Assembly (NCBI GenBank): GCA_019322485.1
Contig: JAHWIK010000001.1
Coordinates: 1-54,289, forward strand
Length of the DNA: 54,289 bases
Source of the DNA: Candidatus Woesearchaeota archaeon
Lineage (GTDB): Archaea; Nanobdellota; Nanobdellia; Woesearchaeales; JAHWIC01
Direction: 5' to 3'
A model generated the notes under the pieces. The model ran no database searches. It was not told the origin of the DNA and saw only the letters and a program-made list of their open reading frames with translations. The translations under genes and the position numbers were made by a program. Below, piece by piece: positions 15,001 through 19,688 of this stretch (within the stretch, counting starts at the first letter, position 1; every line of letters starts with the position of its first letter).

Positions 15001-16844
15001 TCTGCTGATGATTCTTTTTTGAGGATATCATACTTAACCTTTCCTTTAACATCAATCTTTAATGTTTCATCAGCATTATGGTGGAAAACAACAACTAAAT
15101 CATTGCCATCCTCATACAATTCATCAATGAAAACATCATAGCCTGGGTTATCCCTGAGCTTCTTATAGCTTACATTCGCACTTATGTTTATCTCAACAAG
15201 AGGCATCAGCCTTGTTATTGTGTAATCAAGGTCATCAACATAGATTGTTGAATCACCTATTAATTCAAATCTTAGCCTATAGGAACTTGCATTAAGGCCG
15301 GCTAATACGCAGGTTTCAATGCAGATATCTGAGAAGTCAATGAATTCAATAAATTTAGCATCAAGGCTTAATGTATCTGAATAGTAAATCTCTGAGTATG
15401 GAACCTCTAAGTCATAATCAGCATAGATTACCTGCGCTGTAACAATATTGCTGAGAGTAGCGCCAAACCTTCCATAGCTTAAATCCAAAGGAGCATCCCA
15501 CCCAGCCTGGAATGGAGCAACTCCAACCAAAGCGCAGCAATCAGCACTGCCTTGGCAAACAACAGTTATCTCTGAGTTCTCTTCAGAATAGATTTCCCAT
15601 TTTGTGCAGAGCTTAGAGTAATCCGCATCAAACCCAAATGTTGTATCTTTTACAGTAAAGTCAATTGCTCTTCTTATGTCTTCAATACCATCATCATCAG
15701 CATCAAAGGTTGTGCCAGGATTATATTTTAAATTAATATTTATTTCTTCTAGTGTTTCATTTACTGGTTCTGTAATGGTTTCATTCACAGATGTTTCATT
15801 TATTTGTTCTGTTTCATTTATTGGTGTTGTTTCGTTTAATGTTTGATTTACTGTTTCATTTATTATTGAATTGTTTTCTATTGATTGATTTGTTGTTTCA
15901 TTGATTATTTCTTCAGTTGTTTCATTCAAAACAACATAGCCAGTAATCGCGGGAGGCTCTTCTATCAGCTCAGAACTGTCAAATATTAAGTATTCAGAGC
16001 CTTCATACTCAAGGTAAACTTTAGCACTGCCGCTTACCTTTCCATCCAGCCTAAGAGATCTTAGCTCACCTGGATATGACATATACCACAAGTATGAAGT
16101 AGAGTTAGCTGCTTTGAAATCAATGTGCTCTGTGTAGTTTATTTCCTCACCTGCAGTAATCCTTCCTACAATTGTAGGCCCTGTTATAAAGACATTTGTC
16201 AGCACTAATGCAATCATCAAAACAAACAGCCAGATTGATATGTTTTTTGTTAGCTGATTGCTTTGTATAGGTTTAACCTTTTCAGGCTTCTTTCTAGCAG
16301 CAGGCTTTTCAATAATTTTATGGATATCAAAAACTTCCTTGCGCCATTCCTTAGCTATCTCCCAATCAATATGCGCAACAAGACTGACATAGGTATCTCT
16401 TAGTTTTGGATATACAACTGCTAGTTTTTGTGAGCCAGCAGCTGACCTTGCCTGAGCTAAGAGCTTATTGAACTGAGATACTTTATGGCTGGTAGACCTG
16501 GGTGCATAATAGCCATAAGCTATAATCATTACAGCAAGAACTGCAATCACAAGCAGGAGTGCTGCTGGTGCAAGCAGTTTTGGCAGGCTAAGCCCCAGTG
16601 ATGCAAAGCCAACAATTGAGGTTTCTGTAAACACAAACACAAAAACCAGAACCAGCAGTATTGCTCCAAGGTACAAGCTGCGGTTAGTAATCTCTTCAAG
16701 CTCATAAGACCTAATCAATCTTTCAGTAGTTTCTACATCATGGCCATAAGCAATAAGGGCTTTCTTAATAGAGCTGATACTATAACCTCTTTCTAAACTG
16801 TTCCTTATGTACTTCTTCAGCCCTTTTTCCTGTTGTTTATCCAT
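1..16844 (-). CDS. Giant cell-surface protein, 3'-truncated by the window edge (at least 5614 aa). Order from N- to C-terminus: cytoplasmic N-module, TM helix, NET-sequon linker, Cys-containing region, LamG_3-type modules interleaved with two SBBP beta-propeller arrays, a long parallel beta-helix, then further LamG_3 modules.
   Basis: ATG at 16844-16842 (minus). The six-frame track lists no minus ORF of 60 aa or more in this frame between 1 and 16844, which fits one stop-free frame leaving the window. Three spot translations all fall in the frame p mod 3 = 2. At 13079 down: FNGTIDEVTIWNRSLSATEI. At 8411 down: ADYAYSVAVDSDDNIIVAGFGGNLSEDS. At 6221 down: TQNNTITNNTVNDNQYGIYLYQAHNNTVTSN. N-terminus translated: MDKQQEKGLKKYIRNSLERGYSISSIKKALIAYGHD...LYLGAILLVLVFVFVF (TM). 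The DEV-I-NRSLS-EI-LY motif is confirmed nine times, at about 13050, 12300, 10130, 9330, 3465, 2710, 1870, 1065 and 460. Confidence 0.85.
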   Translation of the reverse strand, partial: MDKQQEKGLKKYIRNSLERGYSISSIKKALIAYGHDVETTERLIRSYELEEITNRSLYLGAILLVLVFVFVFTETSIVGFASLGLSLPKLLAPAALLLVIAVLAVMIIAYGYYAPRSTSHKVSQFNKLLAQARSAAGSQKLAVVYPKLRDTYVSLVAHIDWEIAKEWRKEVFDIHKIIEKPAARKKPEKVKPIQSNQLTKNISIWLFVLMIALVLTNVFITGPTIVGRITAGEEINYTEHIDFKAANSTSYLWYMSYPGELRSLRLDGKVSGSAKVYLEYEGSEYLIFDSSELIEEPPAITGYVVLNETTEEIINETTNQSIENNSIINETVNQTLNETTPINETEQINETSVNETITEPVNETLEEININLKYNPGTTFDADDDGIEDIRRAIDFTVKDTTFGFDADYSKLCTKWEIYSEENSEITVVCQGSADCCALVGVAPFQAGWDAPLDLSYGRFGATLSNIVTAQVIYADYDLEVPYSEIYYSDTLSLDAKFIEFIDFSDICIETCVLAGLNASSYRLRFELIGDSTIYVDDLDYTITRLMPLVEINISANVSYKKLRDNPGYDVFIDELYEDGNDLVVVFHHNADETLKIDVKGKVKYDILKKESSADERVRLTILDWDKSSFWLLIGKKEALEVYEFGIPKEIIFSAHVKTSKLKKLEDAVVELIDSILDTSYLKPEQDYIKIKEGIYDINIRLKNHPVRGIVIKDVELYSNTTDLINIDDLNETGELFELYAIDSSKVNFTDAAVNVTAKGDKLYRCDGWDANSQECSGGWEEALNITPGEDYAFSLDSGIVAYSETYERGVPFAAEFDRAEGSTDFRIISDFENVTNLTLATSDGKIEFGEEYGVNTSREDYNTNVKLGFGFVSANSSALDKSFNHSVTITLENVWYSGIPKIYYADGFYSSREEIIANGKECDICHDISYDPVNGRLTFTAEHFSGFGTEIDILNIISYPEVGDNWTVMFNTTGTANLTITPINGATWTDIAGYNGTDYNYNFIELRCGDALVNYTWINRSSGNSSVFVEDYSCNETGYESSLKLKEGHVTLEFRFGSDVGYAYNDETNAPTHSIPYIGAHNRLDSGLVGEWRFEWGNSTWTYDETGRNNGTVTGATHTDEGRVGKGYWFDSSTERVQTSLTFTTPSALTYSAWVKTESPSVKQWIICPDNGGYDWTLLLENGKAALMTGANYWDSSYSITTDWTHLVAVFDTTTSKASLYVNGEFFEDASTFGGTTTGYVTIGNYPSAGIPNHFNGTIDEVTIWNRSLSATEIEKLYESSKGDYAYLDSDIGCSLNNSADADGDSVKPIINWYKDGESLTILNMPFEWNNSAGIGWTRDYSPHNKSGRVINATFNRTGGYDGWGAYEFDGGDDYITISEALFYGMDETTVSAWINIDDFDIADPIIESRSGTNDAVFFSGNGANNRLEFYIGNGSTYKYGYSSGNSLGTGAWYHVVGTWKSGEAPKTWINGELDAAGSTGTISGTIGANADVRFGLDFNNRYFDGTIDEVLIFNRSLNANQVRKLYQSGLSSISHNETVYSEEWKCSITPTDGYTEGTALNSSETNTIKDSSLSVWDDNDPQGGSQGKRLGDDVMFYANYSNAYTGEVGLPISNGSCTIDFSDGSYNMPEGYHLLWSYNLSDPSIYEYVARSVAVDSNDEIILAGDYQYVAGVVYDWHVEKLYSNGTKQWEFVWNNSDPEGAVGVAVDSNDDIIVAGYGNDLISGSSNYDWHVKKLNSSGDEIWEYNWSGSAADVAYSVAVDSNDDIIVAGVMSISGYDWHVEKLNSSGSKLWGYNWTSSGSVTDDARSVAVDSNDDIIVAGQKSFSDWHVEKLNSSGGKVWGYNWSSPGSAVDIAYGVAVDSNDDIVVVGRGRTTGNIYYWHVEKLDSDGNKLWGYNWSDITQDHDSARSVAIDSNDNIIISGEGQDITGRIYYDLHVEKLDSDGNKLGEYNWTGPTEESYFGYSVALDSKEKVIVGTMSSDTYILKLQQLYKHERTFSESGTHYWNVSCEHDSYESQTASDNITLNTDPTHSTPYIGAHNRIDSGLVGEWRFEYGNSTWTYDETEVNNGTVSGANHTYEGRVGQAYEFDGVDDYIKIADSNPLDISDELTIAAWIKPKNYSSGEQIIATKAGAYGIDVLSTGQIKGIVWHKDVIESTGSITQNDKWYHVAYTFDSSGYGRIYVNGTNTYGEAKTSGIPTTSIVLGIGAYDADLDGTPETYFWNGTIDEVIIWNRSLSATEIEKLYESSKGDYAYLDNDIGCSLNNSADADEDSVKPIIDWYVDDKSLTILNMPFEGWGNATHDADDFAIDYSGYGNDGFVNGSTWNSTGGYDGFGAYEFDGNSTYINISDDDSLDVSTEFTISAWINLRSLVGGTTRQRQGIVQKYYAGAAKRGWEFTFDDTQFCGTDRLELTISKSGTPFSGGLICSNQALQKDTWYHAVARFKGNEHMEIWVNGENHTPTTFALGSLPSHANITDLDVLIGRDYDTSGYFNGTIDEVLIFNRSLSAAQIEKLYQSGLSSISYEETVTNELWKCSITPNDGYTEGTTLNSSGIDIFGKDSGLSLWDDTDPKEGSQTKYTGDYLFFYANYTSQYTGEEDEFISGADCNITFSDGTYSMDEWNKFIWMYNWTGPAGVAGVGVCRAIDVDSSDNMVIGGYGYNLIGSSSYDWHVEKLNSSGDKLWEYNWTASSVDYVYGVAFDSSGNVIAAGSGWQLMGSTSTDWHVEKLNSSGSKLWGYNWTGPAGASGTDYVYSVAVDSDDNIIVAGTGVNLTGDDSADWHVEKLNSSGSLLWDYNWTGPGAGAFGGADYAYSVAVDSDDNIIVAGFGGNLSEDSYRDWHVEKLNSSGSKLWEFNWTGPVFGPLAWGADYAYSVAVDSDDNIIVAGYGTNLTGDSTSDLHVKKLNSSGSQVWEYNWTGPSTDVPQGVDVDSSGDIIVAGYGLNLTGDDSDDWYVQKLNSSGSLVWEYNWTSPGDTGTQEYAYAVAVDSDDNPIVVGFGTNLSGSDTYYDWQVEKLNKNLYQTYAYERTFSDPGTQEWNVTCSHDDYEAQTSSDDAQIEVGDCGATITGDTTLGKNLSQTGSGTCITIGADDITLDCAGHNITGDQSSTSYGIDNNGKDNVTVKNCNVNNFTQGIYWRGGANDGLLINNTAYDNVETGIYLLSSNNNNLTSNTVTFNTQDGILVRQGSNHNILTNNTANNNSRYGIYVWSSSNTTLTSNTANNNTDYGIYIYFQADNNTLTSNTANDNKRGIYVYLGSNNILTSNNANNNTNYGILLSQVSKYNYLASNTANGNYYGIYAGAESNNNTITLNNASNSGYAGILLSSSHNNTVTFNNANKNNRDGFSIYSNSNYNTFTSNNANNNTQQGFYFSSSSNNVLTNNTARNNTQNGFYLTTNAKNNNFTSNAANDNADYGIYLQSNCNYNTITNNTVNGNERGFYIVSSSNNTFTHNTVNNNTWYGFYFATSADSNLISNNTINYNYYGIYGNPIRYSNITNNTVIDNTNYGIRISSTNARYNLVSGNTVNDNQYGIYIYGSTTQNNTITNNTVNDNQYGIYLYQAHNNTVTSNVVKGSSLRGFWIREAKYNTFTSNTANNSPTGRGMYFSNNAHYNTLTSNNANNNQYGIYLDTASNNTITSNTANNNSQTGIYLSSNTPGNHIINNSASYGGTGIYISSSPSNVVANNTARNNTNYGIGTGTSAHYTNYTGNTLIYNREGIYTYSWGNIFHLNNVSFNTEEGFYLGGYDNIITNNTFIYNTDYGVQLYGGGRTIIANNTIQFSSIGLGLSQGTQNNSVSYNEITKNLDEGITLSNSNRNNITNNNISENAANGRGINGYGDLNLIKENTINSQYDGIYLYSTSDNNTIIFNDISYNGLNGITITSGSYANISSNTLISDRNGINSASNCNGFTIHGNNITGNSLNHGISLFGSKDNTVTSNYVEGKSHGIDFNAVFNSTFRYNTISNNSYGIYIQYGGYNNIISNNVSNSTERGAHVFQSIKSNFTSNSFNNNTNYGMYFSSSSVNNTINDNIISYNGNTGIYVWAGCEYNIFTNNTFENNDDYGIRFVGSEDSTVYNNKFDTNGINAWENANNTWNATYNCSIGPNIVGGSCIGGNWWSDYLGSDTDGDFVGDTLLPYNASGNLLIGDWLPLTSEVLSIWDDTDAEAGSNVVFTGDDVKFYANFTDAANDSISGANCIANFADSTGNSMSYSSGTYEYTRSFSSGGTYSWNVTCSKSGYINKTKTDTINISSTPTHYNPYIGGHNKYESDRLYEFRFEWGNSTWVYADYIEPDGDVENYTVYGATHTDGGRVGKAYEFDGVDDYMSTNQDPDYPGRTSITIAAWVNHNALSGTADVIFDEGVRAKLMINSSYVSGWIEDSMAYQLSAEAPASNVVSGEWTHIAFTWESGQQGAIFINGVNLTTGGNAITNTLGVSIGALPRIGSSGSHYFNGTIDELIVWNRSLSASEISDLYDSSRGDYAYDEQDIGCGGNDLYDGDGDPIKAVYNWYKDDTSITVLNMPFEAWRGNSTHDNDNWTEDYSGYSNDGTVTGAVFNGSAGHDGKGAYEFDGIDDYIETSENITITGSQDRTISLWAKTSSGNNQRPLGWGAGPSGNRSDYDVIFESGTTIFIGIDGGNRKFSFSYNDSKWHHYVFSQDGPNTTNINCYVDGVSLAESSINNQVVNTTSTPSRIGRGYDFTGYFNGSIDEVLIFNRTLNTNEIRNLYRFGLSSLSHNETNKHERWSCALTPNDGIIGGTTLFSNDLVLNQEPTHSIPYIGAHNDITDGLVGEWRFEWGNSSWTYDETGVNNGTVSSATKTYAGRVGQAYEFDGGDDWINVGTSPLYGAGAIEMSVSAWIYADPGNFDGDTQLFIDTSTGDPQPYDGFYIGVDDRNIGPAPINGIQFSIGTTDGGGYELLYSDDNVIPSKGWYHVVGTYGGDSGKIYVNGVESSNVYVDETGDFDPANANMYIGATNGGTYDFNGTIDEVVIWNRSLSATEIADLYNSSRGAYEVYTSNDLGCSINNSDDNDDDSVKTIINWYVDDKSITVLNMPFESLNSKHTDINNSDMVGAWYMEGNADDRTVYGNDGTVYGGPPPYLTDGKVGQGYEFENGSIHIGEDIFELDTLTVSLWVKMNEVDKTQSFIANTETGTTGWHISVISTNNIVFSFRDSSTFQSSQTGTGFAEKDKWYHLVGVAGNGEIKLYVNGEVASTTDTYDGTGLYSSTEDLIIGAKTQDAGYPQVPPELQANATIDEVIIWNRSLSATEIQALYEEGLDSEEEAKDYSGYENWGSVQGATYDETGGHDGFGAYEFDGVDDRIETADFSWTTSESFTMATWINPASTSNVGSILAKRAQEQSYSLNTDDGNDLYFYYTDYGVQLISLSDSNRLTAGNWYFVTVTYDGSVARMYTDGNLVATDSDVSGTFSPGGENLYVGYGGYDPEDSEVNAYFNGTIDEVLIFNRSLNSNEVKKLYQNGLSSLSSNETITHESWKCSVTPNDGYTDGETYNSSETTLTNSPPTTPSVRSPANDSFYTINSVNVSCSGSTDVDGDALAYYLWGGTSPSSMTYLGNDSYTWTTTDGTTYYWVCAAYDEEDFSSNTSIWQFSENFDPTQ
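4500..7500 (-). repeat. Region of ~66-nt periodic repeats encoding a right-handed parallel beta-helix (PbH1 / NosD-like coils, roughly 40-45 turns) within the giant protein.
   Basis: Translation gives a reiterated NNTITNNTVNDNxYGIYLxxSxNNTxTSN pattern. The out-of-frame 166-aa T/Q/M-rich ORF at 6539..7039 is a shadow of this periodicity. Confidence 0.7.
7800..9000 (-). repeat. SBBP-type beta-propeller repeat array 2 (about eight units, several nearly identical at the DNA level) inside the giant gene.
   Basis: Units beginning ccagttatactcccacaa at about 7939, 8085, 8259, 8438, 8606, 8773 and 8945. Long identical stretches, for example atcagaatcaacagctactgaataggcatagtctgctcc near 8197 and 8375. 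Translation: DWHVEKLNSSGSKLWEFNWTGP...ADYAYSVAVDSDDNIIVAG. Confidence 0.75.
10880..11950 (-). repeat. SBBP-type beta-propeller repeat array 1 (about seven units of ~150-170 nt) inside the giant gene.
   Basis: Recurrent DNA units of the form ccaattatacccccata...gaattcaacttctccacatgcca. The protein units read like WHVEKLNSSGxxLWxYNW...YxVAVDSNDDIIVAG. Confidence 0.7.
15735..15930 (-). repeat. Low-complexity stretch of GTTTCATT-like units on the plus strand, encoding Asn-Glu-Thr and Asn-x-Ser/Thr sequon repeats of the giant protein (NETTEEIINETTNQSIENNSIINETVNQTLNETTPINETEQINETSVNETITEPVNETLEE).
   Basis: Direct reading of the repeated tttcatt units and their translation in the giant ORF frame. 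Confidence 0.8.
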
Positions 16845-17292
16845 GCTTGCCTCTTTTAAACTTGGCCCTATGGTAGACTGTCCAGATGTTACGTTCATCT
16901 CGGTTGAGTAGAATGCCTATCTCATGGAAGCTGAGCTTTTTATGGTCCTTAAGCCATTCAACAATGGCTTCAAAACCACTCAAGCTTCTGTCCTTTAGGA
17001 CAGAGATAGGCACACTCAACCGGGGTTTTGGAGCAGAAATTCTCTTAGTAATCTCGCGCTTCTTCCTTACTCTTGAATAAATGGTCCAGATATTGCGCTC
17101 ATCGCGATTAAGAATTAAACCAATCTGGCGGTAGTTGAGTCCTTTTTCTTCTTTCAAATACTCTACAACAGCTTCAAGAATTGCAAGATTAGTATCAAAG
17201 AAAACAGTATTTGGCAGAAGGAGAGCAGTATGATTAGAAGCTTTTTTAATAACATCACTCTTTTTAAGTTCTCCAAAACCCCTTTTAATCAA
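16837..17292 (-). CDS. Small DNA-binding protein with two tandem HTH-like repeats (sigma-70 region 4-like). Its 3' end overlaps the giant gene start by 8 nt.
   Basis: 151 aa. Internal duplication: LEAVVEYLKEEKGLNYRQIGLILNRDERNIWTIYSRVRKK and FEAIVEWLKDHKKLSFHEIGILLNRDERNIWTVYHRAKFK. Stop at 16839-16837, while the giant gene ATG sits at 16844-16842. Confidence 0.55.
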   Translation of the reverse strand: MIKRGFGELKKSDVIKKASNHTALLLPNTVFFDTNLAILEAVVEYLKEEKGLNYRQIGLILNRDERNIWTIYSRVRKKREITKRISAPKPRLSVPISVLKDRSLSGFEAIVEWLKDHKKLSFHEIGILLNRDERNIWTVYHRAKFKRGKHG

Positions 17293-17402
17293 AATACATA
17301 CTATGTATGTATTTTGTTTATAAAGCTTTCGGTTTTTTATGAGTGAAATGGGCCTTTTTCTTTTAGAAAGATTTTTATACTGAAAGGTCAGTGATTATAT
17401 AA

Positions 17403-17786
17403 ATGATATTCATAATTGTTATGATAATCTTATGGTTATTTTTTATATATTTAGTTCACACAATCTTTAGCACAGGATTGGTGTTCTTCATAAATATCTG
17501 CATTATAGCATTAACAGCAACAAGGGCTTCTACTGATCTTAAGAAAGAAAAGATGGCTGGTTTTTACCTTGCTTCTTCATTGTTAACTGTTGCTTTGTTT
17601 GTGGCTGAAGAAACAAAATTAATAAAGCCAATTTTTGATTTTCTTTCAAAGGCTTATGTTCTGCCAATATCAATTGCATTAATTTTCATATTATTCTTTG
17701 CGCATATACTAAAATTAGGTTCTGTTTATGGCAGGCAGTTGGTTGAGTTTTGCAAAGAAAAAATGCAAGCTAAACCTCAAAAATGA
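17403..17786 (+). CDS. Hypothetical small multi-pass membrane protein.
   Basis: 127-aa ORF with several hydrophobic helices. No recognisable motif. Confidence 0.45.
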   Translation: MIFIIVMIILWLFFIYLVHTIFSTGLVFFINICIIALTATRASTDLKKEKMAGFYLASSLLTVALFVAEETKLIKPIFDFLSKAYVLPISIALIFILFFAHILKLGSVYGRQLVEFCKEKMQAKPQK

Positions 17787-17963
17787 GGATTTCTCTTACA
17801 CTAGTATACGTTTTTCCACCGTCAGAACCAAAACATTTTTAAACCGATAATGTCAACTTTTTAGATAGTGGGGGTGGTTCTTAACCACTTGATGGTTGGA
17901 ATCACTATTTTTTTCTGGCAAAACAAAAACATTTAAATAATAATTAAACAGAATTCTGTTTAA

Positions 17964-18275
17964 ATGGAAATAAGCGTTTTTTTTATACTAGCTGTAGTGA
18001 TTTATGGAATTAGTTTGTACCTTGCTCATAAAGGGAAGTTTCTGAAATTCCAGTCAATCCTTATAGCAATACTGATTGCAATATGGCTGATTCTCAGCCA
18101 GCTAAAAAATTTCCTAGCAGCTAGGCTTATATTTGAGGATGTTGGTTTGGTAAAGGCATTGTTGCTGCAGGTCATGGATGCTCTGTTCTTTAATATGGTT
18201 GCACCATTAACAGCCCTGCTTGTAGCTATAGCTAAGAAAGGCCATAAGGAAGCTCCTAAGAAGAGGAAGAAGTAG
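17964..18275 (+). CDS. Hypothetical small membrane protein.
   Basis: 103-aa ORF with hydrophobic helices and a KKRKK tail. Confidence 0.45.
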   Translation: MEISVFFILAVVIYGISLYLAHKGKFLKFQSILIAILIAIWLILSQLKNFLAARLIFEDVGLVKALLLQVMDALFFNMVAPLTALLVAIAKKGHKEAPKKRKK

Positions 18276-18449
18276 ATGCAGAAGGATTTGGTTATAAAGA
18301 TAATATCTATTTTCTTGATTTTTGTAGTAATCCTGAATTTGACCTTATTTGTTTTGAAGCAGATAAAGCCGGGCTTATTCTGGGCTGTAATCATAATTGC
18401 AGCTTTGATTGCTTATAAGGGAATACCAAAGCTGAAATCAATAAAATAA
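18276..18449 (+). CDS. Hypothetical 57-aa two-helix membrane peptide.
   Basis: The ATG follows the previous stop directly. Translation MQKDLVIKIISIFLIFVVILNLTLFVLKQIKPGLFWAVIIIAALIAYKGIPKLKSIK. It falls below the 60-aa cutoff of the ORF track. Confidence 0.3.
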   Translation: MQKDLVIKIISIFLIFVVILNLTLFVLKQIKPGLFWAVIIIAALIAYKGIPKLKSIK

Positions 18450-18679
18450 TCAATTTAAAAAATCAATAATTAAAAATAAATCTGATTTTTGCCTTATTCC
18501 CTTCTTTAAAGCAAAAATCATCTTATGCTGTTTCTTAAGAACCATAAGCAGATGAAAATTTAGTAAACGCAACAATTTTATGAAAAATTGCGTTTACTAT
18601 TTAGTAAGCGAAACAATTGATGATGATAATTTCGCTTACTATAACCTTTATAGCAGTTCTGAAGGGAATTTTCAGATTT
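18448..18679 (+). repeat. Copy A of a conserved three-hairpin intergenic element. It carries a ~100-nt insertion that itself consists of two related hairpins.
   Basis: Shares AATCAAT...AAAATAAATCTGATTTTTGCC-loop-GCAAAAATCATC, then a CATC...GATG hairpin, then GAAAATT...AAGGGAATTTTCAGATTT with the copies at 22977 and 46192. Inserted hairpins: tagtaaacgcaa/ttgcgtttacta and agtaagcgaaa/tttcgcttact. Confidence 0.6.
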
Positions 18680-18757
18680 ATTCTTTTAATAGTTTAAAAT
18701 TAAAAAATAAAAAACCCAATAACAAACTATTTAAATAAAGTAGTGAATTAACTGTTT

Positions 18758-19423
18758 ATGATAAAAGCAATTATTCTGGATTTGGACAATACGTTAATAG
18801 ATTTCTGGAAGATGAAGCATATGTGCTGTGAAGCAGCAATCTCATCAATGATAGATGCTGGCTTGAAAACAAACAAGAAGAAGGCATTAAAACTGTTGTT
18901 CAAGCTTTATGATAAGTACGGCCTGGAAGACCCAAAGATATTCCAGAAATTCCTTAAGAAAACAATGAATAGGGTGGATACTAAGATTCTGGCTCATGGT
19001 GTTGTTGCTTATAGAAAGGTTAAGTTTGGCTTTTTGGAGCCATACCCCCATGTGCATCACGTTCTGTTGGGGTTAAAGCAGAAAGGCATAAAGCTTGCTA
19101 TAGTCACTGATGCGCCTAAGCTAAAAGCCTGGGTAAGGCTTGCTTCTATGAAGATTGGGGATTATTTTGATGTTGTTGTGGCTTTTGAAGATACAAAACA
19201 GCACAAGCCAAGCTCTTTACCATTTGAAGCTGCTTTAAAGAAACTAAAGGTAAAACCAAGGGAATGCCTGATGGTAGGTGACTGGCCAGAAAGGGATATA
19301 GCAGGAGCAAAGAAGCTTGGGATGAAGACCTGCTTTGCAAAGTATGGAAATCCAAAGGTAAAAAGCAGTGGAGCTGACTATGTAATCACTGATGTGAAGG
19401 GACTCCTAGACATAGTAAAATAG
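18758..19423 (+). CDS. HAD-superfamily hydrolase (phosphatase-like).
   Basis: N-terminal IILDLDNTLIDF (DxDxT motif) and a downstream GDWPERDIAGAKKLG (GDxxxD) motif. 221 aa. Confidence 0.7.
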   Translation: MIKAIILDLDNTLIDFWKMKHMCCEAAISSMIDAGLKTNKKKALKLLFKLYDKYGLEDPKIFQKFLKKTMNRVDTKILAHGVVAYRKVKFGFLEPYPHVHHVLLGLKQKGIKLAIVTDAPKLKAWVRLASMKIGDYFDVVVAFEDTKQHKPSSLPFEAALKKLKVKPRECLMVGDWPERDIAGAKKLGMKTCFAKYGNPKVKSSGADYVITDVKGLLDIVK

Positions 19424-19516
19424 CCAATTTTGGCAAAACATTTATAAACTCTACGCATTAATTCTTATATAAAGGATAGTTTTTGGAATATTTATCAATA
19501 TGGAGAGGTGCAAAAA

Positions 19517-19663
19517 ATGCCAAAAGGTAGATGTATGAAGTGCAAAAAAGAAGTTGAGATGAAAGATCCTACAGAAGTAGTTATGAAGAATGGTATGAAA
19601 GCAGCAAAAGGCACATGCCCAGCATGCGGTACTAAAGTTTTCAGGATACTAGGAAAAGCTTAA
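19517..19663 (+). CDS. Small zinc-ribbon protein (DUF5679-like).
   Basis: 48 aa: MPKGRCMKCKKEVEMKDPTEVVMKNGMKAAKGTCPACGTKVFRILGKA. Two CxxC pairs. Preceded by a GGAGAGGTG ribosome-binding-like motif. Confidence 0.5.
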   Translation: MPKGRCMKCKKEVEMKDPTEVVMKNGMKAAKGTCPACGTKVFRILGKA

Positions 19664-19688
19664 ATTTTTTTATTTTCTTCTTTCTTTT

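Noticed and set aside
18026-18394. 122-aa minus-strand ORF overlapping the small plus-strand membrane protein genes.
   Set aside because: Antisense to two better-supported plus-strand genes that have tight start/stop spacing. Lys/Ile-rich, typical AT-rich shadow ORF.
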